This document shows positions 53,521 to 64,000 of a stretch of DNA of 64,000 bases, piece by piece. The notes below the pieces were generated by a model. The model ran no database searches and was not told the DNA's origin. It saw only the letters and a program-made list of their open reading frames with translations. This DNA comes from Octopus vulgaris (taxonomy: Eukaryota), in the NCBI GenBank assembly GCA_951406725.2, contig OX597816.1, positions 22,692,001-22,756,000 of the forward strand, in the 5' to 3' direction. The position numbers were made by a program, and so were the translations under genes. Position 1 is the stretch's first letter; every line of letters begins with the position of its first letter.

Positions 53521-53839
53521 AGGTAGTTGTCGTCACCATCCCCCTCGTCACGAAAGTCATCATTAACATACTCCCCTGGATTACTCAACCCTGTTTCTAA
53601 GCCTTCATGTGCTTTCCTCTTCATTACTTCCTTAACATAATTAACAGAGTAATCACCCTCCATTCTCTTCTGATCATCACTCTGCGACGTTGTAATCATA
53701 ATCGTTATCATCACGCGTATCATCGCTGCCACCATCCCACCTTTTCCAACACTTTCTTCTTCTGCCGTTTCGTTTTTTATTATTCTTCTTCTTCGTCTTC
53801 TACTGTGATTTAACATTATACTTTTAAAGTCAACGTGGG

Positions 53840-54220
53840 AAGTAGCTAGCTTACCAGTCACATGGTTCTGGGTTCAGTCCCAGTGCGAGGTACCTTAAGC
53901 AGTGTGTCTTCTACTATGGATTCGCGCCGACCAAAGCCTTTTGAGTGGATTTGGTAGACGGAAACTGGAAGAAGCCCGTCGCATATATATAAGTGTGTGT
54001 GTGAGTGTGTGTGCGTGTGTGTGTTTGTGTGTGTATTTGTGTGTCTATGCCCCCCCCCCCAACATGGCTTGACAACCGATGCTGGTTTGTTTACGTTCCC
54101 GGAAATGACCGATAGAATAAGTACTAGGCTTTCAAAGAATAAGTCATGGGGTCGAGTTGCTCGACTAAAGGCAGTGCTCCACCATGGCCGCAGTCAAATG
54201 ACTGAAACAAATAAAAGAAT
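53840..54220 (+). mobile_element. SINE family A, 5'-truncated
   Basis: AAGTAGCTAGCTTACCAGTCACATGG..GACTGAAACAAATAAAAGA. Confidence 0.88.
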
Positions 54221-54239
54221 AGCTCTAAACTCGCCCGAG

Positions 54240-54253
54240 TCATCATAAGCATT

Positions 54254-54288
<35 letters not shown>

Positions 54289-55410
54289 CATCATCATCAT
54301 CATCATCGTCATCGTAATTTCAAGTAAGATCCTACTTGCTTTCAATGTTTCCAACATCATCAATTTCCATTACCCCCCGCCTCTTTGAAATTCTTCCTTG
54401 AATCCCTGATTCCCCCCCCCCCATCGTCCTCCCCTCCACCTCCTGCCCCTTCTCCCCTCCCCCTCCTCCTCCTCATCATCATCATTATCGTTCTCATCGC
54501 TGTCGTTGTCGTCGTCATTCGGATCAAAGTAACTTTCATTTTTAAATCGTTGGCGGTGAGCTGGTAAGAATCGTTATCTCGCTGGGGAACACGCTTCGCA
54601 GCATTTCGTCTGTCTTTACTTTCTAAGTTCAAATTCCGTCGACTTTAACTTCCATTTTTTTTTTTTTTCAGGATTGATAATATGAATACGAGTTAAACTC
54701 TGGAGACATTGTAATCGACTTGCCCAAATTTCAAACCAATATACATTTCTCATTTACGTTTCTTTCATTCTTCATTACCTCCTAAATTATCATTCTCTCT
54801 TTCATATCATCCACAACTACTACCATCAACACGGTCACTAGGTATTTCAGCAACGGCATCAACATTATAAATTTCTCGAGAATTACCACCTCTACCACCA
54901 ACTCTACCACCATCAGTGCCTTTATAATCCTCTTTCTTCTATCGTCGTCGTAGTCGTCATCAACTACATCATCACCATCGACGACATCGTCATCATCATC
55001 ACCACCACCATCATCACCACCATCACCACCATCGTCACCATCACCACCACCACCACCACCACTACCATCACCACCATCACCATCACCACCATCACCACCA
55101 CCATCACCATCATCATCATCATCATCATCATCATCACCACCACCATCGTCACCATCACCACCACCACCACCACCACTACCAGAACCCCAATCACCATTAC
55201 CACCATCACCATCATCACCATCATCACCATCACCACCATCACCATCACCATCACCATCATCATCATCAGCAGCAGCAGCAGCAACATCACCACCACCACC
55301 AACACCATCATCACCATCATCACCATCACCATCGTCACCATTACCATCATCACCATCATCACCATCACCACCATCACCATATCACCATCACCGTCATCAT
55401 CACCATCATG
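54240..55410. repeat. Degenerate (CAT/CAC)n tracts with a diverged SINE B at 54551-54730
   Basis: Direct reading. Confidence 0.88.
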
Positions 55411-56409
55411 TCAATATCCTTGTCAATCCTTCACATCACATGAAGCGATTCTTCACTATTTTTCTATGTTCTCTTTTTTCCTAGATTAAATTCTTGCTTC
55501 TTTAAATTTTTTTTGTGATTTTAATCATTGTTTTTGTTTGGTTCTTGTTTACTGGTGGCTTGTTATTTTCTCTTTTTGTTTTTGTTCTTGTGTCATCAAT
55601 TGCCTTTCCAAAACTCCTCCATTAAACGACCTATTCTGTTCGCTGATTGATAAAGGATTATTCTTTATTCATTAGAGCAACTTGACTTCTTGAAAGTCGT
55701 GATTACATATCAAGCAAATCAGATCTATCGAACCACAAAGAAACTTTATAATTCTCCAATAAATTGTTGTTTTTGCGATGGTGATGTTGGTGGTGGTAGT
55801 GGCGGTGCTTGTAGGGACGATGATTGTGGTGGTGTCGGCAGCGACGGCTGCAGAGGTAGCGGTGTCAGCAGCGGTGAGAGTGGTGGCAGCGGTTGAGGCG
55901 TAGGCAGCGGCGGCAGCGGCAGCAGGAGAGACGGTGGTGGTAGTGGTGGTGGTATTGAAAGTGGTGATTATTCTTGACATCATCATGGTACGTGGTTGTT
56001 TAATGATGCCAGTGTTTCAGAACAGCTCAACTGATCGTGGTAGAAATTGACCTGTTGGAATAATAAGATGACTGGTCTGCAGCTATATGGTGGCTGGTAC
56101 GATCCCAATGAGTGACCATTTGGCCAAGTATCTCATAGTAAATAGTCACGTGCATATTCACGCTTTGTGAGCGGAATATATAATTAAATCAGGCATTATA
56201 TTCCTCGGGCATTGCCATACAGCATGGGAACAATAATTAATTGGACGCACGTCCGTAGAATGCTCAACTACTTAGAAAATACTCATAAAAGAGAAAGAGT
56301 TATTAGGCGATGTAGACCACCAGCATAATCAATACGACAATACACTATTCTGTGTTGTTTCGCCCCTTTATATAAATGCGTGTGTGTATGTATGTATGCA
56401 TGTATGTAT

Positions 56410-56655
56410 GTAAAATGTGAAAGGATGTGCCTCTCAGTTGGAGGTCTAAAAAGACATTTTAAGAGAGTGCATATGGTGGCACCTGTTTCTCCTGCTTGCC
56501 AGCACAGATGTCTAGTATGTAATGAAATGTGTGAAAGCTTGGCCTGGCTTAAAAATCATATAAGGGCTTCACATGGCAAAAATCATGAATCATATGAATC
56601 ATATGAATCTTCTTGGCAATGGCAATGGTTTTTCTCGTGTACGAGGATGCAGCTG

Positions 56656-56658
<3 letters not shown>
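56410..56658 (+). mobile_element. Probable RTE-clade LINE 3' end with two C2H2-like fingers
   Basis: CERMCLSVGGLKRHFKRVH and CLVCNEMCESLAWLKNHIRASH; ends TTCTCGTGTACGAGGATGCAGC, then (TA)n. Confidence 0.55.
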
Positions 56659-56736
<78 letters not shown>

Positions 56737-57104
56737 TGTATGTATGTATGTATGTATGTATGTACGTACAGAGGGAGAGAGAGGGGAAACAAGATCCCTC
56801 ATTCACACTTTCCTTCACACACACACATTGCATTCACCATCATACCACACCTCTAGAGGCTAGTAGGTTTACGTTATACGTCGTCCAGCCTGAACCTTTA
56901 GACTTCATTTCATATAATACCCTCCAGCTTGTTAATGTTGCTAACTGACATTTCTAATTTACCTGCCCCTTGTGTTGGTGCTATTCTAAACATGGACTTT
57001 TTCATATCATACCATCTAACAAACCCATCCTTATTCATATTATCTATCTTACTCTAATTCTTGAACTTATATATCAATATCAATATCAATATCCCGTCAC
57101 TTTT

Positions 57105-57418
57105 GTTGATGAAGTAGGTGCTAGAGTAAGAGAAGAGAGGGGAGTGGAAGGAAGTAGGTGTGAGAGGAAGTGAAGAGAGAGGAGGAGCCTTAGATGAAAA
57201 GGGGAGGGGAATTGAGACCATGTGGCGCAAAGGAGCGAAGAAAGAATATTAATCCCTACTCACAGCGAAGACGGGAGTCCGGATGGCCCCCGCGCAAGGA
57301 CAATCCGAACACAGACAGGTGTTGTAAAGAGTGACCGGTAGAGCGAAAATGGTGCGAGACCGGGGTGTCGTTGCCAAGTCTGATGTCTCGAAGATGTTTT
57401 GTGAACCGGTCAGCCAGA
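57105..57418 (-). mobile_element. Penelope-like element, C-terminal GIY-YIG endonuclease fragment and 3' UTR
   Basis: LADRFTKHLRDIRLGNDTPVSHHFRSTGHSLQHLSVFGL..RLRCE*..FAPHGLN, matching the PLE pattern RxxEH..PVAxHF..HS..PxGLN. Confidence 0.85.
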
Positions 57419-58071
57419 GAGAGAAGGAAAGAAAGATTAATAGTTAGAAATAATGAGAGATTGATTTGTATATGAAGAAAATACAAAAGAAATAGTTGGA
57501 TAAAATGCACTGATGTCATAATATAAAGATTACTCTGTTTATAACAATATAAATAATTCAATAGAAATGCATAAATATACGAAAACATCACAGCGTTGTA
57601 AAACATCATCACGTTTTACATGTTGGATAAAATGTGCGAGAGAAAACGTAAAGGAAAACGGTTTCTCATTCTTACTAACAAATAAAAAAACAACAACATG
57701 AAATGACTATTTCCGTGTTGGTAAAAAGCTACAATCCGCGATTAACTAATTGCATGCTCCATATAGAAATAGTTGGTTTAATAAAAACAATAATTTTAGC
57801 TCTGTTGTAAACGTAACTTTTATAAGACATCAATGGTTTCACTATTTTTTTTCTGTATTTAACAAAATTAAACGTTTGATGTGAATGCCTGTGTGAGTGT
57901 ACGTTTAGCTTCAACTTTCTTTCTCTTTCTTCAATTCTTTTTTCTTTTTTTCCCCTCTTTCTTTCTATCTCTCTCTTTCTCTCACTCTCTATGTATCTAA
58001 CTATCTAGCTATCTAAGTATAGAGCTACATATAATATATATATATATATATATATTATATGTAGCTCGCTC

Positions 58072-58137
<66 letters not shown>

Positions 58138-58275
58138 CACACATATACGTGGGAATATATATTTATATATATACATGTGTATATGTGCGTGTACGTGTAC
58201 GCATGCGTACATGTGTGTGCGTGTGTGTGTGTGTGTGCATATATCTGCATATACTTATGTACCTACTTACGCATA

Positions 58276-58651
58276 CTCTCTTTTACTCTTTTACTTTTAG
58301 TTGTGCAAATCGACCCCAGGAATCATTCTTTCCAAGCCTGGTACTTATTCTATCGGACTTTCTTGCCGAACCGCTAAGTTACAGGGACGTAAGCACACCA
58401 GCATCAGTTGTCAGGTGATGCTGATGGGGGGGGGGGAGGCAAACACAGACACATAATCTTATGCACACACATACATATATATAAATACATATATACGACG
58501 GGATTCTTTCAGTTTCCATCTACCAAATCCACTCACGAGTCTTTGGTCGCCCGAGGCGATAGTAGAACACACTTCCCCAAGATGCCACGCAGTAGGACTG
58601 AACCCGGAACCATGTGGTTCGTAATCAAGCTATTTACCACACAGCCACTCC
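58276..58651 (-). mobile_element. SINE family A, diverged
   Basis: Reverse complement of SINE A. Confidence 0.85.
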
Positions 58652-59944
58652 TAAACCTATTTACAAAAGCAGTGAAATACACAAATGTTTCGTTTCCCCT
58701 CTCCCAAATTACTATGTCAGGTCCCTTATGTCTACATTTCATTGAGGTTTTGACTAGGTCATTCTAGCGGAACTCCTATATATTATGAATGGCTATGGCT
58801 TCCACCATACTATAGTGATCGCTTAGTCCCCTCACCGAAAATGTCAGGCCTTGTGCTCTTAGTAGAAAGAATTATTATGATTTTTGGAAAGTTCATGACC
58901 TTCAGGAATCTGTGGGATGCGATGCAGATAGCCGAAACGGCACATAAGATTGCATTACATTCTTTCATTTCATCCCTTTAAATTTTAAGTCCAGCCATAC
59001 CCAGCACCACTGTGTGCCATAAATTATTACGGTTTCGATGAAATATATTTTAAAAACATAAGCATAATAGATTAGATATAATAAACAGTAACTATTCGCG
59101 TTTAATGATTGCATAACATCTAAGCTAAGAATCGATATATTTATACAGAAAAGACACGGTTTAGCAGGAACGACAGTAAAGTTCATTTGTGTTTGCCAAT
59201 CATATATTGAACGGACCGTTTTATATATAAAGTGCATAATTTGACACAAACGATAAAACGCTAATTATTAAATGAACTAAATGGTGTCTTTATTTTACAA
59301 TGGCCTATTATGCTACGAGCTATTAGATAAAAACAATGCTTCTTCGCTTTGTAGTTATGTCATAAACAATTTCCACATAACTAGGTAAGAATTGACTTTA
59401 TATTGAATCACGCATCTCATTAGATGTTAATTTAAGTAAAGTAATATTATTAGATTTTTGAATATATAACGTTCACGGATGATGAAGAAGATGGCAAACA
59501 ACACCACACACGGTGATCAATGACTCTAATACAAATGAAGAGTGAAGACCAGTATTGTTTACATTTCCATAATTGGAGATTGGAAGCGTCTGTAAATATC
59601 TTCTGGCAACGTTGTTTCAACAAAGAAAACGGAAATGATTTTTGTATCAGAGGATAAAAAAATATGAATATATATAGTAAATTACATATCGAATGAAAAC
59701 TACCATTTCGGGTGAGTATAGCAATTCATTATGTCCTTAATTAATAATTTGCCTTAGAGGAAGATCATGAATTGTGTTTCCGTGCCTGCCTGAAGGTATA
59801 ATGGGGCACGACACGGTTACCAAGAGTTATTAAATATATATATATATATTACTGCACTTCAGTGACCATATTTCCTTAAGTGTTGCGATGTGTAAGCAAA
59901 TATCTGTACAAATTTACACGTACTCAAATAGATAGACACATGAT

Positions 59945-59946
59945 TT

Positions 59947-60024
<78 letters not shown>

Positions 60025-60167
60025 GAGATAGATAGTCACAGATATATAGATACATGCATACATACATAGACAGGTAGATGGACAGAGTGATAGACAGTCA
60101 GACAAACAGATAGATAGTTAGATAGATAGTTAGATAGACAGACAGATAGACAAACAAACACACACAC

Positions 60168-60224
<57 letters not shown>

Positions 60225-60525
60225 CAAACAGAGAGACAGATAGATGGATAGATAGAGGGACAGAAAGACAGATATATAGATGGATAGATAGATGGACAGA
60301 CAGATAGACGGATGGATAGATGGACAGACAGATAGATGGATAGATAGAGGGACATACAGATAGATGGTTAGATAGATGGACAGACAGATAGATGGATAGA
60401 TAGATGGACAGACAGACAGACAGATATATGGATAGATAGATGGACAGGTAGACAGACAGATAGATAGATAGATAGATGGACAGACATACAAACAGACAGA
60501 CAGACAGACAGATAGATAGGTAGAT
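59945..60525. repeat. (GATA/GACA/GATG)n tract
   Basis: Direct reading. Confidence 0.93.
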
Positions 60526-60895
60526 AGTTGTGAAACATATATATCTGTATAGGTGCAGGCACGTAGTTTCGGTTTCTGTCCCACTCTGTGACATCTGGAG
60601 CAAGTGTCATCTACTATTGCCCATGATGAAACAACACCTTCTGAGTGAATGTGTTAAACGGAAAATGTATTATATACATTCATACATACATGCATACATA
60701 CATACATACATACATACACACATACATACAACATATATGCACGTTTGTGTGAGTGCATGTGGTTTCCAGATTTGATTTTTGGCCCCTTGCAGGGGAGTAA
60801 ACGGTGTTGGTCTGTTTGCGTTTCTATTGCACTGAGTAAGCCCACTGCCTGACTGAAACTAGTAAAATCCTAAAGAATTTTTTTGTAAATCCCTG

Positions 60896-61278
60896 TTACT
60901 CTTTTACTTGTTTCAATTATTTGAATGCGGCTATGCTGGAGCACCACCGTGGAGGGATTTAGTCGAACAAATAGACATCAAGACTTATTTCTTAAGCCTT
61001 GTACTCATTCTATCGTTATATTTTACCGAACCGTTGAGTTACTGGGATCTAAGCACACTACCACCTCTTGTCAAATGGTCATGGGAAAAGGGAATTGATA
61101 CAGGCACAGAGACATACACAAATATATATAGAACGGGCTCCTTTCAGTTTCCGTCTATCAAATCTACTCACAAGGCCCGAAACTATAGTAGAAGACATTT
61201 GTCCAAGGTGCCATGTAGTGGGATTGAACGCGGTACCATGTGGTTCGGAAGCAAACATCTTACTTCTCATCCGCGTAT
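60896..61278 (-). mobile_element. SINE family A, diverged
   Basis: CTCTTTTACTTGTTTCAATTATTTGAATGCGGCTATGCTGGAGCACC..CATGTGGTTCGGAAGCAA. Confidence 0.8.
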
Positions 61279-61303
61279 ACATTTGTGTGTGTGTATGTAT
61301 GTA

Positions 61304-61355
<52 letters not shown>

Positions 61356-61358
<3 letters not shown>

Positions 61359-61525
61359 AGAATTCACGAAAAAAACATAAGTCGAAGACAGGTGGTGTAG
61401 AAAACAAACAGATGTATTAGTATAACGCTCGGGAATTGAAAAAGTGTTTAATGTTTCGAGCCTACGCTATTCCACAGAAAGGAACACAGAAAGAAACAAA
61501 GATATGAACAAGGAGAGAAAAAAAA
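61356..61525 (-). mobile_element. PLE-like 3' end in (TA)n with a degenerate hammerhead motif
   Basis: Minus strand TTT-CTGTGGA-A-tAGC-GTAG-GCTC-GAA-ACaT-T-AAA; homologous to 11015-11060. Confidence 0.55.
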
Positions 61526-62497
61526 CATATATATAATATAAATTGGTCATGGGCGATCGTTGTATTCTTTCTTGTCTTGAGTTCCATAGCCAAACGGCTG
61601 GGTGGTTTCGCGTGAAAAATGACACATATGTGGAGACGGGTGCATAGATTGGAATGTGGTATGTGGTTTTTTCAACCAGTTTCCATACTTACCGAGAAAA
61701 TCGATTAAAACTTTTTCTAATAGAATTCCCCTGTTTGTTCCGCCATCAAAACAATCAGCTACTCCCACAACAGGCATATACCATATCGTCAGCAACAAGG
61801 GGAGACGGGTACAGGATGGCAGCTAAAACTTTCGCTATGCTGTCTCTCTTTCTTCACCTCTTTGTGGGGTTAATAATCTTAATCTTTAGTTACAGTTTCT
61901 CATTCAAACTACTTAATAGGCAGAATTGTCGGATTAAGACAGTAGAGTGTTTTGAGGGAGATTTGGCTCCTATTTCTACTAGACCTAGCTACCATGTAGA
62001 GGTCTGAACTTCATTTTCATTCACATATTTGCATTTCAAAAAATTAACATAATCTTTTGCATAAATCAACTATCATAAACACATACACACCCGCAAGTAC
62101 GCACGTACGCACACACACACACACACGCGCGCGTATATTTCATATATGCTCTCTGCAAATAAAATGGTTACGGATATAACTGCTTACAAAAATAGGGATT
62201 AATTTATAATTTCTTTCTATGTTCAAAATTAAATCAAAGTTTTAATGTTTAGACAGAGGTCCAATAGAATAGCTCTTAGAAACAGACGGCGAAAAAATTC
62301 GTTCTTCACAACTCTTGAAACTGTTTTCTGACAAGGGGGTTGGGGAGTCAGGAAATGTTCATACAACTGGAGGGTCCAATCGAAACTGGGGACCCGAAAT
62401 GATAAGGTTGAGAAACACTGTTATAGATTATGCCTAACCGAAGACGATGACAGCCACATCATCCAAACAGACCGGGTAAAACTGTGATTAGCTGCTA

Positions 62498-62538
<41 letters not shown>

Positions 62539-64000
62539 CTCACACACATATATGTACAATATGCCTTCTATGTACAGTTAGACGTACGAATGCTGTCGTT
62601 GAGAGGAGACACTCACATTGTCTACCACCACCCAGTCTGCTTCAAGTATAATGGTTTGGCGCCTAGTGTACTTAGTATTACGAGTTATAATATTCAAAAT
62701 AAATGACGGGAAATGTACGACGAACACAACTTTATGATTTTTTCCAATATAAGTACAAGGTGTAAATTTGTGTTCATCGTAATTTGTCACTCACACACAC
62801 ATACACATCCTGTACCAAAATGCTATCGGCGTAGTAAGACAAGCAGCTTGCGGCTAAAATAGGACTAGCCTTATCAACTAATGGCACTAGTTTTCCGTCA
62901 TTTTTAAAATTTGTACCTCTTATAACCGATAAGCGCACTGGAGCACATAGAAAATTATGAAGAGAAATTTCAATTGGAAGAAGACCGAAAAATCATTGCA
63001 AACAGCTAATAAATCACATGTTTATATATATGAGACTAAATCTTATTAGATAAGAAATGAATTAATTTTTTGTTCCATAATTGCGAATCGAATAGTCACT
63101 ATCAAAACTCAATATACTAGTGGTATTTGTGTGTTTACGTACTTTGTACCAAGTGGTTTTATCCTATGTACGTCCAATCAATACACATTCTTTGAAATAT
63201 TTGCTTCACTTACCACCACAACTACTGCCATCACCACTTCATGACACACATACAGATATTCCATTCTGCGTCTATGTACACTTATTGTATTCCCTCTGTA
63301 TCGTAGCAGTACACTCTTTATCGACCTTGTTCTGTCAACAGTCCTGACAATCAAACAATGAGCAGTTGATTGCCACGTTTAATAGACCTCATCTTTAGCG
63401 CATTGCCTTTAATAAATTGCTACATTTGGTAAGTACTGCCAAAAATTGATGGCAGTTGCTCTTCGTGAATTTATATTTCGAGACGTGTTTGTCAATATTA
63501 TTTGAAATTTGTGTTTGTCATAGCTGAGGTTCTCTATGTGTGTATAGAAGAACAGGAAAAGGATAGGAAGAGGTGAAGGGAGCGAGAGTGGCATTTCATG
63601 TGTATTAGTGTGCATAAGAGATTGTATTTGATTCGTGTATATGCGGGTACACGCCTCTATGATTATGACTTTTATTAAAGCAATGTAGGTCGTTCGAAAT
63701 ATAATGAGTACAGTTAGGCACAAGCAAAACAATTACCAACTGATATGCATTAAAGAAATACTGCCAAAGTTTGTGTGTGTGTATGTAAAAAATGTCTCGT
63801 ACTATCATTCTCAGTGTCGCCATAATTGTAAAGTGGTTATATTTTATATTTTTTGTTTCGGTAAAGATATTTTTATAACATCAAGCCAAGTTGTAATTAT
63901 GTGTAATACATAAGAACAGTTCTACACACATACACACAAACACGCATATAGATATATAAACAATATTTGAAGAATATACATAAATACACACACACACACA

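Noticed and set aside
53049-53861. Longest ORF (270 aa, poly-Ile)
   Set aside because: Reading through a (GAT)n tract; no domain signal.
62404-62420. hAT-like terminus AAGGTTGAGAAACACTG
   Set aside because: No matching left TIR or 8-bp TSD found.

Overview
AT-rich, microsatellite-laden eukaryotic DNA. The tRNA-derived SINE families resemble those I recall from octopus/cephalopod genomes; this is an inference, not a database match. No complete host gene is visible, and nearly all listed ORFs are translations of (TA)n, (CA)n, (GAT)n or (GATA)n tracts or of SINEs. The window is a transposon landscape: several SINE families with many copies, five non-autonomous Helitrons, maT/mariner/Tc1 relics, and CR1, R4/Dong-like, RTE, Tx1/L1-like and Penelope-like (PLE) fragments. 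Three signals stand out. (1) Short PLE-type ends sit in (TA)n tracts as inverted repeats and carry type I hammerhead-ribozyme motifs, including a G3:C8 core-swap variant present twice, back to back, at 47465-47577. (2) A Tx1-like 'ecosystem' shares one 3' hairpin/AATAAA motif: a LINE 3' relic, an ORF1-only 2.2-kb element inserted with a 15-bp TSD into a SINE head, and a SINE that carries the LINE tail and forms arrays with a fixed junction. (3) A second SINE-LINE pair (SINE A with a CR1-clade LINE) shares a covarying tail hairpin. All alignments and folds were done by eye.
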